NCBI GenBank assembly: GCA_964350265.1
Contig: CAYGJZ010000008.1
Location: forward strand, 1,097 to 65,096
Length of the DNA stretch: 64,000 nt
Source of the DNA: an uncultured Gammaproteobacteria bacterium
Lineage (GTDB): Bacteria; Pseudomonadota; Gammaproteobacteria; Arenicellales; CAJQKF01
Reading direction: 5' to 3'
The notes beneath the pieces were generated by a model, which had not been told where the DNA came from, ran no database searches, and worked only from the letters and a program-made list of their open reading frames with translations. The position numbers and the translations under genes were made by a program. Position 1 is the first letter of the stretch. The number at the start of each line of letters is the position of its first letter. This document shows, in pieces, positions 53,040 through 62,005 of the stretch.

Positions 53040-54815
53040 TTGACGGAGGCGCCGACCACCGTCATCGACCTGGCCAGGCAGCCGCTGGCGGTGGCCGACG
53101 GGCGTCGCCTGGATGCCCTGGCCGCGGCCCACCGGCGGGACTTCGTCGACTTCGTCGACCGCCTGGTCGACCAGGACCAGCTGCGTCGAAGCGGCGCCTG
53201 GCTGGACTGGTGGGTCAGCGGAACCGCCAGCCGCCACTTCGAGCTGTCGCCGCTGTTCCGCCGCTTGATGCTGTTGCTGCTGTGCCGTGAGCGCCTGGCC
53301 GGGAGCGACGGCCCGGTGCGGGTGCGGGTGGACGATGGCGTGCTGGCCGGCCTGGTGCGCCAGTTGGCGCCGGCCGGGCGCGACCTGGTGGTGGTCGATG
53401 CCAGCCGTTCGGTGGGCGGCATGCTGCGCCGCCTGCGCGGCATCCTGTCGCCCTGGCGCTCGATGCTGCGTCTCGCCCTCGACGTCGTCGTCGTCCGTCT
53501 TTGCGCGCGGCTCGCCGGTGCCGGCCCGGCGCTGCCGGACATCTCCCCGCTGGTCCTGCTGGACAGTTTCTCGCTGCCGGCGGCGCCGGCCACGGATCGC
53601 TACTACCCGGGGCTGTCGGACTGCCTGCCCGCGGCGCTGGCCCGGCGTACCGTGCTGGTGCCGCAGTTTCACGGCTACCGTCCCGGCCAGTTGCCGGCGG
53701 CGGTGCGCGCCTTGGCGCGGGCGCCCGGGCCCTGCCTGCTCAAGGAACGCGTGCTCACCGCCGCTGATCTTGGCTGGGCCTTCGCCCACCTGTTGCGCCG
53801 GCGACGCATCCGCACGCGCGAGACCATGTTCGCGGGCATCGATGTCGCCGCCCTGGTGCGGGCCGACCTGCGCGCCCCGGCCGGCTTTCGCTGCGCCGTG
53901 CAGGGACTGCTCAACGCCCGCTTCGCCCATCGCCTGGCACGTCGCCAGGTGGCGGTGGAATGCGTCGTGGACTGGTTCGAGAACCACCCGCTGGACCGCG
54001 GCTGGAATGCCGGCTTCCGCACCGCCTTTGCCGCCGGGCAGGCGCCGCGCACGGTGGGCTACGTCGGCTACTATCCCTCCTTCGATGCCGCCCGCCCGAG
54101 CCGCGGCGAGGACCGTGCCGGGGTGTTGCCGGCGCGCCTGTGCGTGATGGGCGAGGCCATCGGCGGGGAACTCGACGAATTCCATGGCGCGCTGCCCTGG
54201 CGGGTGGGTCCGGCGCTTCGCTACCCGGCATTGTCGCGGCCGCTGGTCGCCGCGCCGGAAGCGGCCGGGACCGCGGGCGACGCGGTACTGGTGGTGCTGC
54301 CCTACGACGCCGGCCTGGCCGGCTTCCTGCTGGCGACGGTGGCCGAGGCGGCGCGCCACAGCCCGGCCACCTTCCTGGTGAAACCGCATCCGGCCAACCC
54401 GATGGCTGCGGCGCTGGCCGCGGTCACCGCAGCGCGGGACAACCTGCGCGCGCACCACGGCGCCCTGCAGGCCCTGGCCGGGCCCGGTGGGGTGGTCGTC
54501 GGTGGACCGGTGGCGACCTCCACGCTGGAGGTGCTCGCCCAGGGCGCCCGGTGCATTGCGCTGGCGCCGCCCGGCGAGCACTGGCGGCATCGGCCGCCAC
54601 GGGCCTTGCCCGACGGCGCGGTGCACACCTGCGACGATGCCGACTCGCTGCTGCGCGCGCTGGACGAGGTGCGCTGCGCGGACCCTTCCCGGGCCATGGA
54701 CGACCGCGCCGTTGCCGGCGTCGTCCGGGCCCGCTTCTTCGCGCCGGTAAATGACCGCGCGGCGCTGGCATTGCTCGGACTCGACGAGGAGTCCGGGTCG
54801 CCACCTGATCACTGA
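53040..54815 (+). CDS. Large hypothetical protein (591 aa) with a C-terminal HP-motif transferase-like domain
   Basis: The TTG start comes from the track and is uncertain. I recognise no family. The C-terminal AVLVVLPYDAG...FLVKPHPANP...GGPVATSTLEVLAQGARCIAL resembles the same HP-motif core seen in 45943..47148. Confidence 0.55.
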   Translation: MTEAPTTVIDLARQPLAVADGRRLDALAAAHRRDFVDFVDRLVDQDQLRRSGAWLDWWVSGTASRHFELSPLFRRLMLLLLCRERLAGSDGPVRVRVDDGVLAGLVRQLAPAGRDLVVVDASRSVGGMLRRLRGILSPWRSMLRLALDVVVVRLCARLAGAGPALPDISPLVLLDSFSLPAAPATDRYYPGLSDCLPAALARRTVLVPQFHGYRPGQLPAAVRALARAPGPCLLKERVLTAADLGWAFAHLLRRRRIRTRETMFAGIDVAALVRADLRAPAGFRCAVQGLLNARFAHRLARRQVAVECVVDWFENHPLDRGWNAGFRTAFAAGQAPRTVGYVGYYPSFDAARPSRGEDRAGVLPARLCVMGEAIGGELDEFHGALPWRVGPALRYPALSRPLVAAPEAAGTAGDAVLVVLPYDAGLAGFLLATVAEAARHSPATFLVKPHPANPMAAALAAVTAARDNLRAHHGALQALAGPGGVVVGGPVATSTLEVLAQGARCIALAPPGEHWRHRPPRALPDGAVHTCDDADSLLRALDEVRCADPSRAMDDRAVAGVVRARFFAPVNDRAALALLGLDEESGSPPDH

Positions 54816-54832
54816 CGAGGACGACGACACCC

Positions 54833-55942
54833 ATGGCAGACAAGCAACAGGCACTGTTCGGCGACGTGTTCCGCGGCCGCCGTGTGCTGATCACCGGGCA
54901 CACCGGCTTCAAGGGCAGCTGGCTTTGCCACTGGCTCGACCAGCTCGGCGCCAGCGTCACCGGGCTGTCCATCGACATCCCCACCGAGCCGGCCCACTTC
55001 GAGGTCTCCGGTCTGGCCGGCGCGCTTGCCGACCACCGCGGCGACGTCCGCGACATCGATGCCCTCGCCGACCTGGTGGCGCAGGCCAGGCCCGACTTCG
55101 TCTTTCATCTCGCCGCCCAGGCCCTGGTCAAGCGTTCCTACGACGACCCGGTGGGCACCCTGTCCACCAACGTGCTGGGCACCGCCAACGTGCTCGACGC
55201 GGTGCGACGGGCGGACCGGCCCTGCGTGCTGGTCTGCATCACCAGCGACAAGTGCTACGACAACGTGGAATGGATCTGGGGCTACCGGGAAACCGACCGG
55301 TTGGGCGGCGCCGATCCCTACAGCGCGTCCAAGGGCGCGGCGGAGCTGGCCATTCGCAGCTTCGTGGATTCCTACCTGCGCGGTGATTCGCCGGTGCGGG
55401 TGGGTGTGGGCCGCGCCGGCAACGTCATCGGTGGTGGAGACTGGGCCGCCGACCGGCTGGTGCCCGACTGCATGCGCAGCTGGGCGGGCGGTCGGCAGGT
55501 GGAGATCCGCCGGCCCGAGGCGACCCGGCCCTGGCAGCACGTGCTCGAACCGCTGAGCGGCTACCTGCTGCTGGCGCAACGGCTGCATGAAGATGCCGCG
55601 CTGCACGGCGAGGCCTTCAACTTCGGTCCCCACGGCGACAGCATCAACACCGTGCGCTCGGTGCTCGACGCCCTGTCCCACAACTTCGAGCAGGCGAGCT
55701 GGCACGACGTGTCCGCGGGTGAACATGCCCCCGAGGCGGGGCTGTTGAAGCTCAACTGCGACAAGGCCCTGGCCCATCTCGGCTGGCGCGCCACCCTGGA
55801 CTTCGACGAGACCATCGCCATGACCGCGCACTGGTACCGCCGGTACTACGGGGAAGGCGGCGACATGCGCGGCTTCACCCGGGAACAGGTCCACCGCTAT
55901 ACCGCCTTGGCCAGCGAGCGAGGCGCCTGCTGGACCCGTTGA
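54833..55942 (+). CDS. rfbG: CDP-glucose 4,6-dehydratase
   Basis: FRGRRVLITGHTGFKGSWLCHWL, FHLAAQALVKRSYDDP, TSDKCYDN, DPYSASKGAAEL and RAGNVIGGGDW are canonical RfbG/DdhB motifs. Confidence 0.92.
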   Translation: MADKQQALFGDVFRGRRVLITGHTGFKGSWLCHWLDQLGASVTGLSIDIPTEPAHFEVSGLAGALADHRGDVRDIDALADLVAQARPDFVFHLAAQALVKRSYDDPVGTLSTNVLGTANVLDAVRRADRPCVLVCITSDKCYDNVEWIWGYRETDRLGGADPYSASKGAAELAIRSFVDSYLRGDSPVRVGVGRAGNVIGGGDWAADRLVPDCMRSWAGGRQVEIRRPEATRPWQHVLEPLSGYLLLAQRLHEDAALHGEAFNFGPHGDSINTVRSVLDALSHNFEQASWHDVSAGEHAPEAGLLKLNCDKALAHLGWRATLDFDETIAMTAHWYRRYYGEGGDMRGFTREQVHRYTALASERGACWTR

Positions 55943-56871
55943 TGTCGACGCCGGAGTTGTCCATCGTCATCGTCAACTACAACCTGTCCGCCTCGCTGCG
56001 CGACTGCCTGGACTCCATTGGCCGATGCGGCGACCGGCTTGCCCGCGGCGTGTTCGAGGTGGTGGTGGTGGACAACCATTCCAGCGAGGCCGACTGGCCC
56101 GTGTTGCGCGAGGCCCTGCGCGATTCGCCGGTGCAGGTGCTGCAGCGGCAGGACAACGGTGGCTTCGGCGCTGCCTGCAATGACGGTGCACGGGTCGCCA
56201 AGGGGCGCCTGCTGTGCTTTCTCAATCCCGATACCCGGGTGCCGACGGACTTCGCCGAGGCCGCCATCGGCCACCTCGCTGCCACGCCATCGGCCATCGT
56301 CGGCCTGCGCACCCACCGTGGCCGCTGGCTCGACTACTCCGCCGGGCCGTTGCCCAACCTGCTGCTCGAGTGCCTCGGCGTGCTGCTGGTCGGCCGTTAC
56401 CTGGAGGCGGCCTGGATGCGCCTGCGCGGCCGGCTGCGCGGCGGCGTGCTGACCGTGGGATGGTGCATGGGTGCCTGCCTGTTCCTGCATCGCGACACCT
56501 TCGATGCCCTCGGCGGCTTCGACGAGGACTACTTCCTGTACTTCGAGGAAGTGGACCTGTGTCACCGCCTGCACGATGCCGGCGGCGTGGTGATCTACGA
56601 TCCCGACGCCGCCATCGAGCACGTCGGCGGTGCCGCCGGGCGGCGCGACTATGCCAGCTTCACCGAGCGCTTCTACCGCGGCAAGCAGACCTACTTCGCC
56701 AAGCGGCATGATGGCTGGCGCCGCCGCGCCGGCCTGGCCCTGGTGCGGGCACAGGTGCGTGCCCAGCAACTGGCCTGGTCCCTGCTCGGCGCCGGCGGCC
56801 ACCCGCGCGCGGCGGCCAAGCTGCGCGGCCTGGCCGCCGCGCTGGCCGTTTCGCCGTCGCAGGCACGATGA
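55942..56871 (+). CDS. Glycosyltransferase, GT2 family
   Basis: LSIVIVNYN, VVVDNHSSE, NGGFGAACNDG, FLNPDT and GACLFLHRDTFDALGGFDEDYFLYFEEVDLCHR. The ATG at 55942 follows the track's TTG at 55939. Confidence 0.88.
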   Translation: MSTPELSIVIVNYNLSASLRDCLDSIGRCGDRLARGVFEVVVVDNHSSEADWPVLREALRDSPVQVLQRQDNGGFGAACNDGARVAKGRLLCFLNPDTRVPTDFAEAAIGHLAATPSAIVGLRTHRGRWLDYSAGPLPNLLLECLGVLLVGRYLEAAWMRLRGRLRGGVLTVGWCMGACLFLHRDTFDALGGFDEDYFLYFEEVDLCHRLHDAGGVVIYDPDAAIEHVGGAAGRRDYASFTERFYRGKQTYFAKRHDGWRRRAGLALVRAQVRAQQLAWSLLGAGGHPRAAAKLRGLAAALAVSPSQAR

Positions 56872-57968
56872 ACCCAGACGTCGACATCAACCTGCTGTGC
56901 CTGCGCAGCGAGTCGCCCACCGGCATCGAGGCCTATGCCCGGGTGGTGATCGGCACCATCCCGCTGCCCGGCGACTGCCGGCCGCGGGTGTTTCTGCCCG
57001 AGGGGTTGGCGGTGGGAGAGGCGCTGGGAAGCGTGGCCGGCGAGGCAGGCGACCACCGCCACCTGCTGCGTCACCACCCGCGCCTGGACACGGTCCGCCT
57101 GCCGCGCAGGCCGACGGCACTGCGCATCCTGCGCGAGATGCTCTACCTGTCCTGGCGTTGCCGGTCGACCCCGGTGGTGCTGTCGGTGAACAACTTCGGC
57201 CCGCTGTTCGGCGGTCGTGGCCAGCGTCGTCTGGTGGTGGTGCACGATGTCTGGTTCCTGTCCGCGGCCTACAATGGTTCGCGCCTGGCGAAGTGGTTGT
57301 TCGCCCGGCTGATCCGCAGCCAGCTCCGCCGCACCCACCACGTGTTCACGCCCACCGAACATTCGCGCGAGGAGATCGTCCGCTACACCGGCTTCCCGCG
57401 CGCGCGCATCACGGTGACGCCGCTGCGCGTGGAGCAGGCGCCGCCAGCGGGCGAGGACGCCGGCTTCTTCCTGCTGGTGGGCTCGTCGCGGCCGAACAAG
57501 AACGTGCTCGCCGCGGTGCGTGGCCATGCCCGCTACCGCGCCGAAGGCGGTGTTCGGCCGCTGGTGATCATCGGTCCCTACGACGATGCCTTCCGCGCGC
57601 AGATCCTGGCCGAGGGCGACGGTGGCGTGGTCATCGCCGGCTACGTGAACGAAGCCGAGAAGTGGCGGCTGGTAGGCAGTTGCCACGCGCTCCTGTTTCC
57701 CTCCCTGTACGAAGGCTTCGGCATCCCGGTGATCGAGGCGCAGGCCATGGGGCGGCCGGTGCTGGTCTCCCGCGGCACCAGCTGCGAGGAACTGGCCGGC
57801 GACCACGGCGTGGTGGTGGACGGCAGCCGCGTCGAGGACATTGCCCGTGGCTGCCACGCGCTGGATCGCCTGGCACCCGTCGCGGTGACCGTTGGCGATG
57901 CGCAGGTCGGTGCCAGCGACGGCGGGCGGTGCATCGCCGGGCAGCTCTGCGCGGGGATCGAGCGATGA
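56868..57968 (+). CDS. Glycosyltransferase, GT4 family (GT-B)
   Basis: FFLLVGSSRPNKN and ALLFPSLYEGFGIPVIEAQAMGRPVLVS. An ATGA overlap links it to the upstream gene. Confidence 0.85.
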   Translation: MNPDVDINLLCLRSESPTGIEAYARVVIGTIPLPGDCRPRVFLPEGLAVGEALGSVAGEAGDHRHLLRHHPRLDTVRLPRRPTALRILREMLYLSWRCRSTPVVLSVNNFGPLFGGRGQRRLVVVHDVWFLSAAYNGSRLAKWLFARLIRSQLRRTHHVFTPTEHSREEIVRYTGFPRARITVTPLRVEQAPPAGEDAGFFLLVGSSRPNKNVLAAVRGHARYRAEGGVRPLVIIGPYDDAFRAQILAEGDGGVVIAGYVNEAEKWRLVGSCHALLFPSLYEGFGIPVIEAQAMGRPVLVSRGTSCEELAGDHGVVVDGSRVEDIARGCHALDRLAPVAVTVGDAQVGASDGGRCIAGQLCAGIER

Positions 57969-58819
57969 CCGGCGCAGGCGTGCGCGCGCCCTTCAGTGTG
58001 CTCATGTCGGTGTATGCGCGCACCCGCGGCGACGAGCTGCGGCGCTGCCTGGACAGCCTCGTGGCCCAGCAGGTGCCGGCCGCGGAAACCGTGGTGGTGC
58101 TCGACGGCCCGGTGTCCGACGATGTGCTGCGACAACTGGAGCACTACGCCGAAGCGCTGCACCTGGTGCAGGTGCCGCTGGAAAGGAACCAGGGACTTGG
58201 CATCGCCCTGGCCCACGGCCTCGCCGCCTGCCGCCACGAACTGGTCGCGCGCATGGACACCGACGACGTCTGCCGGCCGCAGCGCTTCGCCCGCCAGCTC
58301 GACTTCCTCGCCCGCCATCCGGACATCGACGTGGTCGGCGGCGCCCAGGTCGAGGCCGGCGACGACGGTCACTTCGACCGCCGCATGCCGGCCGAGCCGG
58401 AGGCGCTGGCGAAGATGGCCAGGCTGCGCAACCCGCTGAACCATCCCACCGTGATGTTTCGCCGACAGGCAGTGCTCGACGCCGGCGGCTACCAGCCCTT
58501 TGCCCTGTTCGAGGACTACTACCTGTGGGCACGGCTGCTCCACCGGGGCGGTCGCATCGCCAACCTGCCGGAAGTGCTGGTGGAATCCAACGCCGATCTG
58601 CGCTTCTTCGGCCGACGTGGCGGACTGCGCTACCTCGGCACCGAGATCCGCCTGGCGCGGGAGTTCCGACGCATGGGCTTCCACGGCTGGCTGGACAGCG
58701 TGCGCTTCCTGCTCCTGCGCGCACCGGTCCGGCTCCTGCCGTCCTCGCTGCGCTCGCTGGCCTACCGGCTGGGCGCGCGGCGGCCGGGTCGGCCGCCGAA
58801 CCCGACGTCGTCGGCATGA
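57965..58819 (+). CDS. Glycosyltransferase, GT2 family
   Basis: FSVLMSVYARTRGDELRRCLDSLVAQ, VVLDGPV, ARMDTDDV and FEDYYLWARL. The ATG at 57965 lies inside track ORF 56630..58819 and forms an ATGA overlap. Confidence 0.85.
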   Translation: MTGAGVRAPFSVLMSVYARTRGDELRRCLDSLVAQQVPAAETVVVLDGPVSDDVLRQLEHYAEALHLVQVPLERNQGLGIALAHGLAACRHELVARMDTDDVCRPQRFARQLDFLARHPDIDVVGGAQVEAGDDGHFDRRMPAEPEALAKMARLRNPLNHPTVMFRRQAVLDAGGYQPFALFEDYYLWARLLHRGGRIANLPEVLVESNADLRFFGRRGGLRYLGTEIRLAREFRRMGFHGWLDSVRFLLLRAPVRLLPSSLRSLAYRLGARRPGRPPNPTSSA

Positions 58820-60075
58820 GCCGCCGGGCGGCGCCGCTGCGGCCGGGTGCAAGCTGGCTGATCCACCAGAACCGCGACGTTGCCAGCGCCCGCCTGCAGG
58901 GCTACCTGGTGCACGAGTACCTGCAGTCCAGCGGCATGTACAGCCGCATCCTGTTCGCGCCGCCGGTGCCCATCCCCCTGCCGTGGAGCGAAGCTTTCGT
59001 CGACTACGTGGTCAACACGGTGGATACCCCGGTGGTGCTGCTGCAGAAGATCCAGGAAGACGACCGCTCCCGACAGCTGGTGGACGGCCTGCGCCGACGC
59101 GGCATTGCCACCGTGTACATCCAGTGCGACTACCAGCCGAAGCGGCAGATCGCCCTGCGCTGCGACCACGTGGTGGTGCCCTCGGCCTTCCTGCACGACT
59201 ACTACCGTGGCCTCGGCGCGCCCTGCACCCTGGTGCCCGACCCGGTGGAACAGGAAATCGACGCGGCGGCGCTTCGGCGACGGTTCGCCGAGCGCGGCGA
59301 GGAGGGCCCGCTGACACTGGTCTGGGTGGGGCAGGCCTCCGGCTGGCCGTCGCTGGCGCCGTTGCAGCGGCTGCTGGAGAAGCCGCCGTGGTCGGAACAG
59401 TTCGCCCTGGTCACCATCAGCAGCCACGAGGACGCCGACATCCGCTGGCAACTGGATCGCGTCGCCGCGGACATCGGCCGTTTCGACGTCGGTGTCATTC
59501 CCACCGACAGCGGCGACGGCGCGCTGGCCAAGTCCGCCAACCGGGTGCTGCTGTTCATGGCCCTCGGCCTGCCGGTGATCGCCGGCGACATTCCCGCCTA
59601 CCGCGAAGTCATCCGGCACCGCGAGAACGGCCTGCTGGCGGCCGACGAGGCTGGCTGGATGGCTGCCCTGGAAGACATCCGCGACGCCGCCCTGCGTCGT
59701 CGGCTGGCCGGCAATGCCCATGCCGACACCGTGCCGGGCTACCGTCTCGACGCGGTGGGGCAGCAGTGGCGCGGGTTGATCGAGTCGCTGGGGCAGGGCG
59801 TCGTTGGCCGCCCTTCGCGCCCGGGCATCGCGCTCTCCCTGCGCTTTGCGCGAATCGCCTGCGAGACGCGAATCGGCTATGCTCGCGGTGCCATGCACTA
59901 CCGCCGGCTGGCGGCCGCCGCCCGCGCCCTGGGCGGCGCCACCGCCAGGCTGCCGCTGGCCCCTGCCGCCCTCGGCAGCTGGCTGGCGTTGCTCGGCGAA
60001 TGGGTCGGCAAGCTCGTTCCCGGGGCGCGCAAACGTGGTCGGCGACGCCATGCCGGCGACGGCGGAGCGCCCTGA
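58816..60075 (+). CDS. Putative glycosyltransferase (GT-B, GT1/GT4-like C-domain)
   Basis: LTLVWVGQASGW...FDVGVIP...ANRVLLFMALGLPVIAGDIPAYREVIRHRENGLL. The ATG at 58816 lies inside track ORF 57892..60075 and forms an ATGA overlap. Confidence 0.6.
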   Translation: MSRRAAPLRPGASWLIHQNRDVASARLQGYLVHEYLQSSGMYSRILFAPPVPIPLPWSEAFVDYVVNTVDTPVVLLQKIQEDDRSRQLVDGLRRRGIATVYIQCDYQPKRQIALRCDHVVVPSAFLHDYYRGLGAPCTLVPDPVEQEIDAAALRRRFAERGEEGPLTLVWVGQASGWPSLAPLQRLLEKPPWSEQFALVTISSHEDADIRWQLDRVAADIGRFDVGVIPTDSGDGALAKSANRVLLFMALGLPVIAGDIPAYREVIRHRENGLLAADEAGWMAALEDIRDAALRRRLAGNAHADTVPGYRLDAVGQQWRGLIESLGQGVVGRPSRPGIALSLRFARIACETRIGYARGAMHYRRLAAAARALGGATARLPLAPAALGSWLALLGEWVGKLVPGARKRGRRRHAGDGGAP

Positions 60076-60136
60076 ATGCACGGTCTTCCCCCGCGTTGTT
60101 CCTTCACCTGTCACGCCCTATCCCTGCAGAAGTTTC

Positions 60137-60952
60137 ATGCGTTACTTTCCCCACCGACCGGTGATCGTGGTCGGCTGTCATCGTTCCGGCACCTCGCTGC
60201 TCGCCCGCCAACTGGACCGTGCCCGCGTCTTCATGGGCGCGGACCTGCGCAAGCACCACGAGTCGAACCTGTTCTTCCAGGCCAACCGCCGCGTCTTCCA
60301 GGCCGCCTCGGCGCGCTGGGACGACATCGCGCCGCTGCGCGAGGCCTTGTCCAACCCGCACTTCGCGGCCAGTGCCGAGTCGCTGCTGCGCGAATCGCTG
60401 TCGAACCCGCGGCAGATCCTCAGGTACTGGAAGGTGCGTCGCTACGTGGATGCCCATCGCTGGCCCGGTGCACCGTGCTGGGGCTGGAAGGACCCGTGCA
60501 ACAGCGTGACCCTCGGCGCCTGGCTGAACCTGTTTCCCGGTGCCCGGGTGGTGCACATCCACCGCAACGGAGTCGATGTCGCCAACAGCCTGGTCACCCG
60601 TGAGCAGCGACGCGGTGCACAGAGCCGCTGGCGCTCGGCGCGGTGCGCCAGCCTGGAAGGCGCCTATTCCCTGTGGCGCGACTACGAGGAGACGCTGGAG
60701 CAGCAGCTGCGACGCTGCGCGGACGGGCAGCTGCACCAGGTGCGCTACGAGGCGTTGCTGGCGGCGCCGCACCAGACCCTGGGCTGGCTGCTGGCGTTCC
60801 TCGGCGTGGAGGCCGACGCCCTGCCCGAGGACCTCGGCGTGGATGCCTCGCGCCGCGACGCCTTTCGCCGCTCCCCGGCATTGCGCGCCTTCCACGAGGC
60901 CCATCGCGACGACGGGATCATGCGCCGTCTCGGCTACGGCAACGCGGAATGA
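60137..60952 (+). CDS. PAPS-dependent sulfotransferase
   Basis: VIVVGCHRSGTSLLARQL is the 5'-PSB loop. VVHIHRNGVDVANS is a 3'-PB-like R-x3-D-x3-S motif. The ATG at 60137 lies inside track ORF 59804..60952. Confidence 0.75.
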   Translation: MRYFPHRPVIVVGCHRSGTSLLARQLDRARVFMGADLRKHHESNLFFQANRRVFQAASARWDDIAPLREALSNPHFAASAESLLRESLSNPRQILRYWKVRRYVDAHRWPGAPCWGWKDPCNSVTLGAWLNLFPGARVVHIHRNGVDVANSLVTREQRRGAQSRWRSARCASLEGAYSLWRDYEETLEQQLRRCADGQLHQVRYEALLAAPHQTLGWLLAFLGVEADALPEDLGVDASRRDAFRRSPALRAFHEAHRDDGIMRRLGYGNAE

Positions 60953-60979
60953 GCCGGCCCTTCGTGCGACCCTGACGGC

Positions 60980-62005
60980 ATGACCGCCGGCTACGTTCCC
61001 TACCTGCTGCTGGTGCAGACGCTGGCGCTGCTGGCCTACCTGTGGCGAGACCGCGATGCCTCGCTGGTGCGTGCCACGCTGACCTGCCAGGCCCTGCTGC
61101 TGGTCGCCTTCCCGCTGGCCTTCGGCGGCTACTCCATCGACGGCTGGCGCTACCTGTGGCGCTTCGGCAACTCGCCGTTCAGCCTCGACGTCGATCGACT
61201 GTTCTGGATCAGCGGCTCGGCGCTCGACGCGCTGGTGCCCACGCCCTGGCCGCTGAAACTGCTCTCGGCGCTGGCCGTGGCGCTGTTCGTGCTGGCCCTG
61301 GTGCGGCACCTGCGGCATCGTGGCCACGGCGTCGTCGCCATGGCCCTGTTCCTGGTGCCGGTGATGCCGGCCTACTTCTTCGGCTTCGGCAATGCCGTGC
61401 GCCAGTCGCTGGCCACCGCCATCGCCCTGTTGGCGCTGTCGGGATCGCGGCGCTGGCGCACAGCGTCGTTCTGGCTGCTGGTGCTGGCGGCCTGGCTGGT
61501 GCACTGGGCGGTGGCCGCCTTCGGCATCTCCGCGCTGCTGGCGCGCGGCTTTCCGCGCCGGGCACTGCCGGCACTGGCACTGGCGGTGCTGTTCGGCTTC
61601 AGCGTGCACCACCTGCTGCTGGCCCTGGGCCTGGACCCCTACACCGTGGTGCCCTATGCCAGCGACTCGGAAGGCGAGTTCCACTACGCCAAGTTCGCGC
61701 TGCACCTGGTGCTGGCGGTGCTGATCGGCGTCCTCGCCCTCGCCCGCGAGGACGAGGACGCCAACCGGTTTGCCGCCCACTACGTCTACGCGGTGGCGGT
61801 GGCCGCGCTGCTGGTGCGCTACGAGGTGCCCTTCGAGCGGCTGCTGCTGTACGCCGAGTTGCTGCTGCCCTTCGTGCTGCCGACCCTGGTGCGCTTCGAG
61901 CGACTGCCCGCCGCGGCGGCGGTGCTGGCGTGGCTGGCGGCCACGGCGGCCGCCCTGGTGCTGTGGTCGCACGACTCGCTGAGTCGTGCCCTGGGGCTGC
62001 TGTGA
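60980..62005 (+). CDS. EpsG-family / Wzy-like polysaccharide polymerase (polytopic membrane protein)
   Basis: It has about 10 TM helices. The FGFGNAVRQSLATAIALLAL segment is typical of EpsG-type polymerases. Confidence 0.65.
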   Translation: MTAGYVPYLLLVQTLALLAYLWRDRDASLVRATLTCQALLLVAFPLAFGGYSIDGWRYLWRFGNSPFSLDVDRLFWISGSALDALVPTPWPLKLLSALAVALFVLALVRHLRHRGHGVVAMALFLVPVMPAYFFGFGNAVRQSLATAIALLALSGSRRWRTASFWLLVLAAWLVHWAVAAFGISALLARGFPRRALPALALAVLFGFSVHHLLLALGLDPYTVVPYASDSEGEFHYAKFALHLVLAVLIGVLALAREDEDANRFAAHYVYAVAVAALLVRYEVPFERLLLYAELLLPFVLPTLVRFERLPAAAAVLAWLAATAAALVLWSHDSLSRALGLL

